NCBI GenBank assembly: GCA_036679605.1
Contig: JAZDCZ010000247.1
Span: 32,001 to 96,000, forward strand
From: Gemmatimonadota bacterium
GTDB taxonomy: Bacteria; Gemmatimonadota; Gemmatimonadetes; Gemmatimonadales; GWC2-71-9
Direction: 5' to 3'
Length of the DNA: 64,000 bases
Part shown: positions 21,797 through 31,479 of the stretch, one piece after another
How the letters are laid out: each line of letters begins with the position of its first letter
Position numbering within the stretch: the stretch's first letter is position 1
Made by a program: the position numbers and the translations under genes
The notes under the pieces: generated by a model
Told to the model about the DNA's origin: nothing
The model's input: the letters and a program-made list of their open reading frames with translations, nothing else
The model's database searches: none

Positions 21797-22259
21797 TGTC
21801 CACCCCCTGTCCCGCTGCGCGCTTGACCGCGCGCCGAATGCGATTGTATGTGCCGCAGCGACAGATATTCACCTTCATCCACTGATCGATTTCCTGGTCC
21901 GTGGGGTCGGGATTCTGGTCCAACAATGCCGCGGCCGTCATTATCTGACCCGATTGGCAATAGCCACATTGTGGTACGTCTTCCTCGATCCACGCCTGCT
22001 GCAATGGGTGGCTCTTGGAGGAAGACAGCCCTTCGATGGTGGTAATGTTCCGGTCCGCCACAGCGGCTATCGGCAGTTGGCAAGAAAAGGTTGCGGTTCC
22101 GTCAACGTGAACGGTGCAGGCCCGGCACTGGCCGATTCCGCAGCCGAACTTCGTACCGGTTAGTTCCAGTTCGTCGCGAATCACCCAAAGAAGAGGTGTA
22201 TCTTCGGCGACGTTGACTGTGCGGCGACGGCCGTTGACGGTGAGAGAATACTCGGGCAT
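21786..22259 (-). CDS. iorA: [2Fe-2S]-binding subunit (IorA-like)
   Basis: [33 protein letters not shown]. Confidence 0.9.
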   Translation of the reverse strand: MPEYSLTVNGRRRTVNVAEDTPLLWVIRDELELTGTKFGCGIGQCRACTVHVDGTATFSCQLPIAAVADRNITTIEGLSSSKSHPLQQAWIEEDVPQCGYCQSGQIMTAAALLDQNPDPTDQEIDQWMKVNICRCGTYNRIRRAVKRAAGQGVDNDR

Positions 22260-22365
22260 AGGCGTCTCTCGTGAGAGGGGTCATTGAAGTTTGGGATAAG
22301 GACTGTGGGTAGTCAAGTGCGATCGGGAATGGGATACGGGCCGTTCAGGGGATATAATTGGTGCC

Positions 22366-22875
22366 ATGCCAGACAGTGACCAGTCCGTTGTGTTTGAGCC
22401 GCTGCACGATGACGTGGCTCCCCCTGCGCGCCAAACCGAGGGCTCGGCAGGGTACGATCTTAAGGCATACCTCAAGGATCGTGTCGTTGTGGTGCGAAGC
22501 GGTGCCACTGGCGAGTTGTCGGAGGTCAATATCGAGGATGGTAGAATCGTCCTGGAGGCTTCAGATACGGCGCTCGTGCCGACCGGATTGAAGGCTCGTG
22601 TCCCTGCCGGCTACGAAGCTCAGGTGCGCATTCGATCGTCGATCGCGTTCACGCGCGGGCTCATTCTCCCCAACGCTCCTGGCACCATCGATGCCGATTA
22701 TCCCGACGAATGGCTGGTCATGGTGAAGAACATCTCGAACCGGGCTGCGGTCATCGAGCACGGCGAGCGGATCGCGCAGGTGGTATTGAGCCGGTTCGCC
22801 GTACTTCCTTGGAAAGAGGGGACCGTCGGAGTATCCACGGATAGAGGGGGCGGACTGGGGAGTACAGGTGCTTGA
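22366..22875 (+). CDS. dut: dUTP diphosphatase
   Basis: SAGYDL, RSS, GTIDADY, RIAQ, RGGGLGSTG motifs. Confidence 0.93.
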   Translation: MPDSDQSVVFEPLHDDVAPPARQTEGSAGYDLKAYLKDRVVVVRSGATGELSEVNIEDGRIVLEASDTALVPTGLKARVPAGYEAQVRIRSSIAFTRGLILPNAPGTIDADYPDEWLVMVKNISNRAAVIEHGERIAQVVLSRFAVLPWKEGTVGVSTDRGGGLGSTGA

Positions 22876-22894
22876 CGACCTAGGATGTCTTGGC

Positions 22895-22970
22895 GAGCAG
22901 GGAGGGGGAGTGAGGCCGCCGAGAGAAATTTGCGTCTGCTGACGGCGGAGGCCACTCCCCGCTCCCGCTC
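22895..22970. terminator. GC-rich hairpin between convergent dut and aceA
   Basis: GAGCAGGGAGGGGGAGTG pairs imperfectly with CACTCCCCGCTCCCGCTC. Confidence 0.45.
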
Positions 22971-24282
22971 ATGAAACCCGTTTCACCATGCGTGATGTTC
23001 GACCGGGTGTAAACTGATCCTGTTCAGTGGAGCCTTCGAGGGCTAGCGTAGATGATTTTCCAATGCTTACGGCCCGTGCTATGGCGTCGTAGTAGCCGGC
23101 ACCGACGAACTCTTGGTGTCTGGTAGCCTCATAGCCCTCATCCTCCAAGGCAAACTCACTCTCTTGCAGCTCGGCGTACGCCGCCATACCGCGTCTGCTG
23201 TAATCCTTGGCAAGCGCATAGGTGGCGTGATTGATGGCATGGAAGCCCGATAGGGTCACGAATTGGAATTTGTATCCAATCGCGCCCAGATCTTTCTGGA
23301 AATCTTCTATTGCTTGGTCTCCCAAGTGCAGCTTCCAATTGAAGGACGGGGAGCAGTTGTATGCTAGAAGCTTGTCGGGGAACTTGTCGTGTATCGCAGC
23401 AGCGAACCGTTTGGCCTCGACGACATCTGGTCGCGAGGTCTCGAACCACAACATGTCGGCGTATGGCGCGTAGGCTAGCGCGCGCGCTATGGCCGAGTCG
23501 ATTCCGGTTCGGACCATGCAGAATCCATCGGGTGTGCGTTCGCCGGTCGTGAATTCCCTGTCGTAGGGATCGCTATCAGACGACAGCAACCCTGCACTGA
23601 GAGCGTCAGTACGAGCGATGATCACGGTTGGGACTCCACATACGTCAGCGGCCAGCCGAGCCGCGATCAATTTCTGCACGAACTCTTGGGTTGGAACCAG
23701 CACTTTGCCGCCCAGATGTCCACACTTCTTTGCGGACGCGAGTTGGTCCTCGAAGTGCACGGCAGCCGCGCCCTTCTCGATCATCTGCTTCATTAGCTCG
23801 TAGGCGTTCAACACACCGCCGAACCCTGCTTCCGCGTCGGCGACAATCGGCACCATCCAGTCGACATCGTCATCACCTCGGACATGGTGGGTCTGATCGG
23901 CACGGAGGAGGGCCTTGTTGATGCGCGCAACTAGGTTGGGCACACTGTCGACGGGGTAGAGACTCAAGTCGGGATATATTTCTCCCGCATCATTCATGTC
24001 TCCAGCGACCTGCCAACCGCTGACGTAAATGGCTTTGAGCCCGGCCTTCACTTCCTGCACGGCTTGGCAACCGGTGATCGCACTCAACACCGGTAGGTAC
24101 GGCTCGTCTTCGAGAAGCGCCCACAGCCGCTCTGCGCCCAGTCGGGCCAACGTGTGATCCAGTCGCACGGTGCCGGCCAGCTTCCAAACATCTTCAGGGG
24201 TGTAGGGTCGTGTGACGCCTTCCCAGCGCGGATCATGGTTCCAGGAATGTTGGTATTGTCCAGCAAATATCTTCTTATTCAT
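22969..24282 (-). CDS. aceA: Isocitrate lyase
   Basis: [33 protein letters not shown]. Confidence 0.96.
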   Translation of the reverse strand: MNKKIFAGQYQHSWNHDPRWEGVTRPYTPEDVWKLAGTVRLDHTLARLGAERLWALLEDEPYLPVLSAITGCQAVQEVKAGLKAIYVSGWQVAGDMNDAGEIYPDLSLYPVDSVPNLVARINKALLRADQTHHVRGDDDVDWMVPIVADAEAGFGGVLNAYELMKQMIEKGAAAVHFEDQLASAKKCGHLGGKVLVPTQEFVQKLIAARLAADVCGVPTVIIARTDALSAGLLSSDSDPYDREFTTGERTPDGFCMVRTGIDSAIARALAYAPYADMLWFETSRPDVVEAKRFAAAIHDKFPDKLLAYNCSPSFNWKLHLGDQAIEDFQKDLGAIGYKFQFVTLSGFHAINHATYALAKDYSRRGMAAYAELQESEFALEDEGYEATRHQEFVGAGYYDAIARAVSIGKSSTLALEGSTEQDQFTPGRTSRMVKRVS

Positions 24283-24304
24283 GAGAGCTTCACCATGTAA
24301 GGGA

Positions 24305-25933
24305 CTAGTCGAGATACTCGTAGGCCGTCGTTGTGAGCCAGTCACCGAAGTGACTTGCCGTCATTAGACGTTCCAATATTCTCGCTGCTAACGGGAGTCC
24401 GCCCGGAGACATGCCGCCATGTCGCGCGGCCTTGATGTTCTCCAGTTCGTCTCGAACTACTTGGCGGACCAGCTCGGCTGTAACGGTATGACCGTCATCG
24501 AGTTTCGCCCCGTGTTTGACCCACTGCCACAGCTGAGAACGACATATTTCGGCAGTTGCTGCATCCTCCATCAGGTTGTAGATGGGTACGCAGCCCGCCC
24601 CGTCTAGCCATGACTCGAGGTATTGCACTCCGACGTTCACATTGTGTCGTAGCCCGGCACCGGTGATCGTGCCGTCTGGAACGGTCAAGAGATCGCTGGC
24701 GGTTACGCAGACGTCCTCGCGTCTCCGGTGGATCTGGTGTTGACCGGTCATGTGTTGGTCGAACACGTCTCTGGCAATGCTCACCAACCCCGGGTGAGCC
24801 ACCCATGTACCGTCGTGACCCGCTTTGACCTCTCTTACTTTGTCTTGCCTGACCTTCTGCAGGGCTGCCTCGTTGGCTTCCGGGTCGTTCTTGATCGGTA
24901 CTTGCGCCGCCATGCCACCAATCGCATGTATACCTCTCCTGTGGCAAGTACTGATTAGAAGATTGACGTATGACTTCAGAAAGTGACGATCCATGGTGAC
25001 CTGCCCGCGATCGGGCAGTATGTATTCCGGCTTGTTATGGAATTTCTTGATGAAGCTGAAGATGTAGTCCCATCTACCGCAGTTGAGTCCGGCTGAGTGT
25101 TCCTTCAATTCCCAGAGTATCTCGTCCATCTCGAACGCAGCCAGAACGTTTTCGATCAGTACGGTGGCTCGGATCGTTCCATGGGGTATGCCCAGGTATT
25201 CCTGTGCAAAACTGAATACGTCGTTCCACAGGCGTGCTTCTAAGTGGCTCTCCAGCTTTGGGAGATAGAAATATGGTGCACTGCCACGCTGGATCAGTGT
25301 GTTGGCATTATGGTAGAAGAAGATCCCGAAGTCGAAGAGGGACGCCGACACTGGGTGTCCACTAACCTGAATGTGCCGTTCGTCGAGGTGCCACCCTCGT
25401 GGCCTCATCATCAACGTGGCTATTTTGTCGTTGAGTTGGTAATGCTTGCCGTCGGTTCTCGTAAAATCGATTGTGCCGCTTATGGCATCACGAAGATTGA
25501 TCTGTCCCTCGATGATGTTGCTCCACTGGGGGGATGTGGAGTCCTCGAAGTCGGCCATGTACACATTCGCACCCGAGTTAAGTGCGTTGATGATCATCTT
25601 TCGGTCGACGGGTCCGGTAATTTCTACGCGCCGGTCCATTAGATCGTCGGGTATGGAAGCGACCGCCCAGTCAGACTCTCTGACCTCCCGTGTTCCCTCC
25701 AGAAAGTCTGGCAAGTGTCCTCGATCAATATGCTGTTGGCAGGTTATGCGTTGTCCCAGTAGACCACTACGCCTGTCCTCGAACTCTCGATGCAACTCAG
25801 CGACGAACTGCAGTGCAGAGAGGTTGAGGATATCCGCGTAGTCCTCGCGCATCTGTCCCAGCACCTTGACCTCTGAGTCGGGCGAGCATGTATGGTTCAA
25901 GCTTAAGACCGCTGCCTCAGACGGCATGTGCAT
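24305..25933 (-). CDS. aceB: Malate synthase A
   Basis: [37 protein letters not shown]. Confidence 0.96.
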   Translation of the reverse strand: MHMPSEAAVLSLNHTCSPDSEVKVLGQMREDYADILNLSALQFVAELHREFEDRRSGLLGQRITCQQHIDRGHLPDFLEGTREVRESDWAVASIPDDLMDRRVEITGPVDRKMIINALNSGANVYMADFEDSTSPQWSNIIEGQINLRDAISGTIDFTRTDGKHYQLNDKIATLMMRPRGWHLDERHIQVSGHPVSASLFDFGIFFYHNANTLIQRGSAPYFYLPKLESHLEARLWNDVFSFAQEYLGIPHGTIRATVLIENVLAAFEMDEILWELKEHSAGLNCGRWDYIFSFIKKFHNKPEYILPDRGQVTMDRHFLKSYVNLLISTCHRRGIHAIGGMAAQVPIKNDPEANEAALQKVRQDKVREVKAGHDGTWVAHPGLVSIARDVFDQHMTGQHQIHRRREDVCVTASDLLTVPDGTITGAGLRHNVNVGVQYLESWLDGAGCVPIYNLMEDAATAEICRSQLWQWVKHGAKLDDGHTVTAELVRQVVRDELENIKAARHGGMSPGGLPLAARILERLMTASHFGDWLTTTAYEYLD

Positions 25934-25997
25934 CTCCGATGATTAGCGTGCTGTGCTACGAGCCCGGCGTTTGGTCATGTGCTCCGAGCGATCGAAA

Positions 25998-26015
25998 AGG
26001 CAACTCGCGTGCCAA
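25998..26015 (-). promoter_or_regulatory. Sigma54 (-24/-12) promoter of aceBA
   Basis: Minus strand reads TTGGCACGCGAGTTGCCT, matching TGGCAC-N5-TTGC, about 65 bp upstream of aceB. Confidence 0.75.
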
Positions 26016-26180
26016 AGTCGAGTACCATCAAACGATTGTGTTTGAATGACTTGTAGCGAGATGCAGCAGCCAGTAGTGCTCGTTTCGTGGAGATGATGCA
26101 ACATGTGGCTTGACGGCTCCCACCGGTGTCGAGTTGGTGCAACCGAGGGTTTGTGACGGGCGCAGAAGCTACTCTGTGTC

Positions 26181-26281
26181 CGTTAAGACATCGTCAAGAA
26201 AGGGATTTGATGTGATTGTGCGAGCGGTGTGGTGCGAGGTTATGGTTCAGTACTGACGGTCAGGGGAATTTGGTGGAGGTG
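26181..26281. repeat. att-like scar, copy 1 (left border of the accessory island)
   Basis: 38-bp repeat at 26214-26251, 37/38 identical to 26772-26809; preceded by CGTYAAGA twice at 11-bp spacing and followed by TGGTGGAGGTG. Confidence 0.7.
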
Positions 26282-26298
26282 TGAGGAAGCCCGGGTGT

Positions 26299-26694
26299 CT
26301 ACTGCACAATGACTATCGCCGAGTCCCGTGCAGCTGTGTCCCCGAGAATGGCTACGACGTACGTCGTACCGACTGTCTTGGCTTCAAAGTTTACAGTGTA
26401 AGGACGTACGACCGGTCCGATCTGGTCGACCAACGTACCCACGGACTGGTCACGGATGAACCAGTTCAGGGACGGGCGCATAGAAACCGGGGCAAACACA
26501 CTAGCCTCAAACAGGACACTGTCTCCGACCGCCATCATCACACTATCAGGCCCTAGGCTGACGCTGAGTACAAGAGCGTCCTCACCCTCATCGAGAACAT
26601 TACCGGAAGCAGAACCACATCCAACAACGAGGCACAGTGAGGAGACTGTGGCAACGAGCAAGGTAGGACGACGTATGAAAACGGCGCAACGCAT
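26299..26694 (-). CDS. Small lipoprotein with Ig-like domain
   Basis: GGAGG RBS, lipobox VVGC, Big_2-like strands. Confidence 0.65.
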   Translation of the reverse strand: MRCAVFIRRPTLLVATVSSLCLVVGCGSASGNVLDEGEDALVLSVSLGPDSVMMAVGDSVLFEASVFAPVSMRPSLNWFIRDQSVGTLVDQIGPVVRPYTVNFEAKTVGTTYVVAILGDTAARDSAIVIVQ

Positions 26695-26738
26695 GGTAGC
26701 CTCCGAGCGACTGGGCTTCTCAGCGGAGAATCTCACTC

Positions 26739-26821
26739 TGTCAAGACTTTGTCAAGAGAGGCGCCCGCTGCGATTGTGCGAGCGGTGTGGTGCGAGGTTA
26801 CGGTTCAGTCTCATGGAGGCG
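26739..26821. repeat. att-like scar, copy 2
   Basis: TGTCAAGA twice at 11-bp spacing, the 38-bp repeat, then TGGAGGCG. Confidence 0.7.
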
Positions 26822-27530
26822 AGCCACCCCCCTTGATGTTCTTTGGTATCTGGACGTTGCCGTCATCATCAAAAGGGATGTCGGCGGGAAAGAAGTGATC
26901 AAACCCTTCGGGGCCTTTGAAGTGCATGAGGCGCACTACGAACAGCGACCGTAGAACTTGTATCAGGTGAGTGAACTCCTTGGCTTGTTCCCCAGTTTCG
27001 CGAAACTCATCAATTGTTCGGTACCGCGCATCCGCAGCTAGCCCCTGTTTATTGCGCCGATACCCCGGTGCCACCACGCCATTCTTCTCACCGCTCCACC
27101 CTATGAACCAAGCGCTATGCACTGCCTCGTTTCGCCGTTCACACAAGGCCAGCCATCGATCCGAAATGTTCTTGACGACCCGGAGATCATTCTCGGACAA
27201 TGTTACCGTTTCCTCTTCTTTGTTGATCGGCGGAAATCTAAACCCAGCAAGTAGGGCTCTGAGAACCTCACCAATTTCTCTTGCGGTCATCCGATGCATG
27301 AAGGTACGAGCCGTAAACTGGAGGGGTACGTAGTTGAACAAGTGGGCAGCGTCCATTATCCAAATTCGCATGCTTTCGGTGGCATGCTCAAACTGCACGA
27401 CGAGTCTGCCAATCGCTTGGTAGTAATCCTCTGCAGTCGGGCCTTCAGTGATGGTCCATTCTCCTCGTCTGTTCACTTTCGAGTGAGCTGTCCAAGCTAG
27501 TATTACGCGACTCCCGTACCAGGTTCGCAT
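26811..27530 (-). CDS. Hypothetical helical protein with HEPN-like Rx4H motif; start uncertain
   Basis: AIGRLVVQFEH...RRNEAVHSAW. Confidence 0.55.
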   Translation of the reverse strand: MRTWYGSRVILAWTAHSKVNRRGEWTITEGPTAEDYYQAIGRLVVQFEHATESMRIWIMDAAHLFNYVPLQFTARTFMHRMTAREIGEVLRALLAGFRFPPINKEEETVTLSENDLRVVKNISDRWLALCERRNEAVHSAWFIGWSGEKNGVVAPGYRRNKQGLAADARYRTIDEFRETGEQAKEFTHLIQVLRSLFVVRLMHFKGPEGFDHFFPADIPFDDDGNVQIPKNIKGGGSPP

Positions 27531-27572
27531 CGTTCTACCGGAAGAACCAAGCGACCGAATCGTGGTCCGCGA

Positions 27573-27899
27573 TCAATCGGCCTTGGGACCTCCAGAGGCA
27601 CCCAGGCCCCCAACGTGCAGTACGAAGTCGGAAAACCACACAGGGAAGCGTCCGGTAGCCGCGCGGTAGAGCTGGTGCAGTCCGACGCTCAGGAGGCCGA
27701 TTGCTACGGCCAGTGACACGACTCGGCCGAGTGGTACGAGGGGCCCACGGCCGAGGCTCCAACTCCCGAGTGCTACGAGGGGCCCGCTGCCAAGGCTCCA
27801 ACCCAAAACCCCGGCTCCGAACAGGGTCAGCACGATGCCCAGCAGTGCAAGAATCCCTCGATTCAACCAATGGCCAATGTGCGATGTCGGTCGTGTCAC
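27573..27899 (-). CDS. Small membrane protein containing a 39-bp tandem duplication
   Basis: Two hydrophobic segments; WSLGxGPLVxLG occurs twice. Confidence 0.45.
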   Translation of the reverse strand: MTRPTSHIGHWLNRGILALLGIVLTLFGAGVLGWSLGSGPLVALGSWSLGRGPLVPLGRVVSLAVAIGLLSVGLHQLYRAATGRFPVWFSDFVLHVGGLGASGGPKAD

Positions 27900-28117
27900 G
27901 ATTCGTCCCCTTCCTTCTGGGAAAGTATAGTTCCTACATCACTGTCGGACTAGTTGGAAAGGCGAAGATCGGGCCGGCTCGCCGCAGTCCCTTCGTTTTT
28001 CGCAACCTCGTCACGTTCGGGATTGCGATCGGCTCACACACACGATCCTCGGGCCTCGTTCCGGAGTGCGAGCTGCTCGAGCAGCTCCTGGGTCCTCTTT
28101 TCGCTTCGGACGGATGT

Positions 28118-28732
28118 TCAAATCAATCGTGCTCCTCCCCAGTCCGAGCAACTCAATCGGCGCAGATAAACCCAGAGGGGAGGAAGATCGCGCGCCAGCT
28201 GGCGGGGATAGAGCTGCCCAATTCCGGCATACCCATCGGGAACCGCCGCCAGAAACGCCACAACACTACCCACCGGGCTGTTCCAACTTACTGCAATGGA
28301 GTCGCCAGCCAGATCGTGTGGCTGATCGAGCCGGTCGAAAACAAGCCTATCCGCTGGCGTCCGCCACCATCGCCTCAGTCTATTGTCCCAGTTAGCCCAA
28401 AGCTGCCCTTGAAATTTCCAGTCCTTCGGCAGTCTCACTACCCGGACGTTTGAAAGATTCGATACTGAGTCGAGACGGATCGCCGGTGGCAGCTTGGGCA
28501 AGCCTGTCACCTGCGCCGTCCTGTCAGTCCAATGCAGAACTTGAATTGTGTAGCAGTCAAATGCCGCCGGTCGCGGCGCCGGCCCAGGATAGGAACATGC
28601 CTGAGCGGAGATCACAATGCAGAGCATCACAGTTGCGACTGGCGACTTCTCGTTAGAGTTGGACCGCCCGTCCAAAATGAACTTACGGCGGTTTGACACC
28701 GGAGATTTCATAGGCATTACACTGCGCCCCAC
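28118..28732 (-). CDS. Putative lipoprotein; true start may be 28627
   Basis: Hydrophobic leader ending AQAC; immediately follows the neighbouring lipoprotein gene. Confidence 0.45.
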   Translation of the reverse strand: MGRSVMPMKSPVSNRRKFILDGRSNSNEKSPVATVMLCIVISAQACSYPGPAPRPAAFDCYTIQVLHWTDRTAQVTGLPKLPPAIRLDSVSNLSNVRVVRLPKDWKFQGQLWANWDNRLRRWWRTPADRLVFDRLDQPHDLAGDSIAVSWNSPVGSVVAFLAAVPDGYAGIGQLYPRQLARDLPPLWVYLRRLSCSDWGGARLI

Positions 28733-28734
28733 GA

Positions 28735-29190
28735 TCAGTTGGGCAGCGGGATGTCCAGGTCAGCGTTCCGACATACCGGACCGCATCTCGGTCCATTTGG
28801 CCGGAACTCGCGGTATTCGAGCTGTACTATTTCCACAAATACGGTGTCGCTGGCGGTGGTAACACGGACACTCACTGCTTCTGGGATAAAGCTGGGAAAG
28901 AAAATCTTCGCACAGTCTGCGGGATCTTCGCAATCGCGAACAAACGATACAGGATGCCCTAGGGGTGAGACCTCAACTCGAAAGGGGCCTGTAGGCAACG
29001 GCGTAACCTGCACCGTTACACCGCTGTTGCACCCGGCCAAAGTGCAGAGCATTCCGGTCGAGTCGCCGCAGCCGACCTCCCCGAATACGGAGCCGGCCAA
29101 CACTGCAAATGCGGCCATTGCTGGCGCAGATCGACACCTGCGGAACATTGGAGCGAATGGGGAAACGGGACGCAAAAAAACCCGTAACAT
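28735..29190 (-). CDS. Cys-rich lipoprotein
   Basis: Lipobox-like VGC, CTLAGC, PNGPRCGPVC. Confidence 0.65.
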   Translation of the reverse strand: MLRVFLRPVSPFAPMFRRCRSAPAMAAFAVLAGSVFGEVGCGDSTGMLCTLAGCNSGVTVQVTPLPTGPFRVEVSPLGHPVSFVRDCEDPADCAKIFFPSFIPEAVSVRVTTASDTVFVEIVQLEYREFRPNGPRCGPVCRNADLDIPLPN

Positions 29191-29195
29191 CGGTA

Positions 29196-29630
29196 TTACT
29201 GAACTTCCAACGTACGCTGTAACACCACCGTGCGACTCTGGGTAGCACTCTCGAACGCGTGAACGACGCGCATCTCATACGTGCCAGCAAGCAGACCTCG
29301 CAAAGTGACTTGATAACGGTAGGGGATCGGAATTGTGATACCCCCCGAAACTTCGGTCGCCACGACCGTCACTTCATAAGTCCGCCCTGATTGACCAAAC
29401 TCGGCACGCAGCTCGTAGCCGCCTTGCGGTGTGGTGAGTGTTCCAGTCACCTCCACTAATCCCACTCCCGCTGACATCGTCACATCAGACACCGGCGACC
29501 CGAAAGCGATCTCCGTGACGAACTCAACGTCTACGGACTCAGGATCTACAGAAGTGACTCGATCGACACAGGCCGCCATTAGAATCACGGCAGCGCAACC
29601 AGACATGTACCGAATTGCTCGATAGCTCAT
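29196..29630 (-). CDS. Lipoprotein with PrcB-C-terminal-like beta sandwich
   Basis: Lipobox MAAC; TPQGGYEL...IPYRYQVTL...GTYEMRVVH pattern. Confidence 0.65.
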   Translation of the reverse strand: MSYRAIRYMSGCAAVILMAACVDRVTSVDPESVDVEFVTEIAFGSPVSDVTMSAGVGLVEVTGTLTTPQGGYELRAEFGQSGRTYEVTVVATEVSGGITIPIPYRYQVTLRGLLAGTYEMRVVHAFESATQSRTVVLQRTLEVQ

Positions 29631-29683
29631 GATGTGTCCTATAGGGGGTACAATATGCTACCCGGTTCGGCATCCGAGGTGCC

Positions 29684-29764
29684 GCTGCCTACCTAGTGCT
29701 ACGCGACTTCCCGCAACGGGTTCGCATCCTACGAGAAACCGCGTAGCGAACTGTGCTGTTATGG
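29684..29764. repeat. attC-like hairpin repeat, copy 1 of 3
   Basis: Invariant AACGGGTTCGCATCCTAC; arms GCTACGCG and CGCGTAGC. Confidence 0.65.
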
Positions 29765-30105
29765 GTGCCCCTTGGCGGTTTGATCTGTCTAGTACTTTAG
29801 TCCCTATTGCACGGTCGGACTAGTAGCATAGTAGCCGCACAATGCCTCATTTCTCTAAGGTGCCACAAAGCCCGCGGATGTTACGCAGGACGCCATTCCC
29901 GCTGCCGTCGATTTCATAGCCGTAACGTTTTCCACGCTCATGGCACCTACAGAGATAAAGGGGGAACTTGAATCGCTGGGCCGATGCCTGTTCTTGGGCT
30001 CCTGTGCATTGGCAGCAACGGTGCCGACAACTTCGCTGCAGTGACCGCGTCAGTCCCCACAAGACCTCCGGGGCACGCGGCACAGCATAGGGGGTAGTAT
30101 TAGAC

Positions 30106-30555
30106 ATGCGTCGTCTAATACCAGCGGTTGCTGTCTTTTCGTTCATCGCCACGTCGTGCGGTGGTCCAGACCTCGTCGAGCGACGAGGCTCCATCATGGA
30201 TCGGGATGGCGTGGTCGTGCTGGAGTTACCAGCGGAATTCCAGGTCAATCAACCAGGCACCGTGGCGGTAACCACATTCGGGAACAGCTGTATCAGCTTT
30301 GCGCGCACCCAAGTCACCGTACAGGGCCTGATCGCCACCGTCGAACCGTATGACTTTGACGATCGCTTGAGACAAGACCTAACCGGTCTGGTGGTTTGCA
30401 ATGACAATCGAATGCTGGTCCGACATCCTGCGGAGCTGGTCTTCGCCACAACCGGGGAAGCCGCGATCCAGTTCACAGGGTTGCACGAATGGGTGGACAG
30501 CGTTGGCCAACACGATTCAGTCATTACGGTCGAGCGGCGAGTCCCGGTGCGCTAA
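30106..30555 (+). CDS. Lipoprotein, paralog A
   Basis: Lipobox ATSC; about 92% nt identity to 33278-33688 by manual alignment. Confidence 0.75.
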   Translation: MRRLIPAVAVFSFIATSCGGPDLVERRGSIMDRDGVVVLELPAEFQVNQPGTVAVTTFGNSCISFARTQVTVQGLIATVEPYDFDDRLRQDLTGLVVCNDNRMLVRHPAELVFATTGEAAIQFTGLHEWVDSVGQHDSVITVERRVPVR

Positions 30556-30655
30556 CCGCTACGTCGTCTTCGCCTCGGCGATCTAGCAATGGCCCGCTTT
30601 CAGCTTCAGAGCCTCGGGCCTACGCGATTTCGGTAACCTTTTGACCCAAACGCGC

Positions 30656-30808
30656 GGTGTCCGGAGCGGGATGGGTTACTGCGGCGCAGCCACGCTGGAC
30701 GAACTACGGTGCAATACCGAGTTCGTGCAGGTGACGCCGGCCGGACAGCGCGAGTCTCACCCGCACGACGTCGTGATCACGCGCGAGTCTCCCAACTACA
30801 GTTTGTAG
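30656..30808 (+). pseudogene. guaB: 3' fragment of IMP dehydrogenase
   Basis: Manual translation GVRSGMGYCGAATLDELR...ESHPHDVVITRESPNYSL* matches the GuaB C-terminus; no upstream gene body. Confidence 0.85.
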
Positions 30809-30823
30809 GTTTCCCGATCAGGC

Positions 30824-31013
30824 TTAGTGTAGCCTGTGCTCTTCTTTTAGACGCCGGTGCAGTTCGGCGTTCTCGATCCACGGTTTGCGCTCGAAGTAGC
30901 TCTTGCTCATCTCGGCCACCTTCGGCGACAGAATTATGAGCGCCAAGAGATTCGGCAGGATCACTATACCCAAGAACACGTCGCCCATGTCCCAAATGAC
31001 CGACAGTGCGAGT
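30824..31013 (-). pseudogene. 3' fragment of an alanine/glycine:cation symporter (AGCS family)
   Basis: VIWDMGDVFLGIVILPNLLALIILSPKV...YF resembles the last TM helices of AlsT/AgcS. Confidence 0.75.
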
Positions 31014-31479
31014 AGAATATTACAGCAGTGCAACGTTCTGACCGCTGCGGTCAATTCATTGCAGAACTGCAATATTATTGTAGCCTGCCGCAGGGGACCT
31101 TAATGCGAATTTCACCGGGCGTTCATGCACCGTGTTCGATATTAGGCACAGTCCTCAGCCGCCAGCTCACGCGAATTCGCGTATAACCTTTTGACTCGAA
31201 TCGAGCAGCTAGTACGTGAGGGAATCGCTGAGCCGCCGTCTCAAGGTAAACCCCAAGCCTGATGCCGCGTTCTTGCTATCGCGTGTCGGGTTTTGGGTCT
31301 TGTGTAGGGTGACGATCCTTAGCAGATGTGCCTAGGTCAGTTGCAGTGCAGGAGATCTTGGCGTTGCCCATGGCGGAGCGCCAAAGGGTGGGAAGCTTGA
31401 TGACGTAGGATGTCCGGTCTAGGTAGCGTGGCTTCCTTGCGAAGTCGCTTCGATATCTTCTGAATGAAGGGTTGTCATC

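Noticed and set aside
26271..26300. A tRNA or tmRNA gene at the island border
   Set aside because: Only an 11-nt match to a CCA-type 3' end; no T-arm (GTTCGA) or cloverleaf is present.
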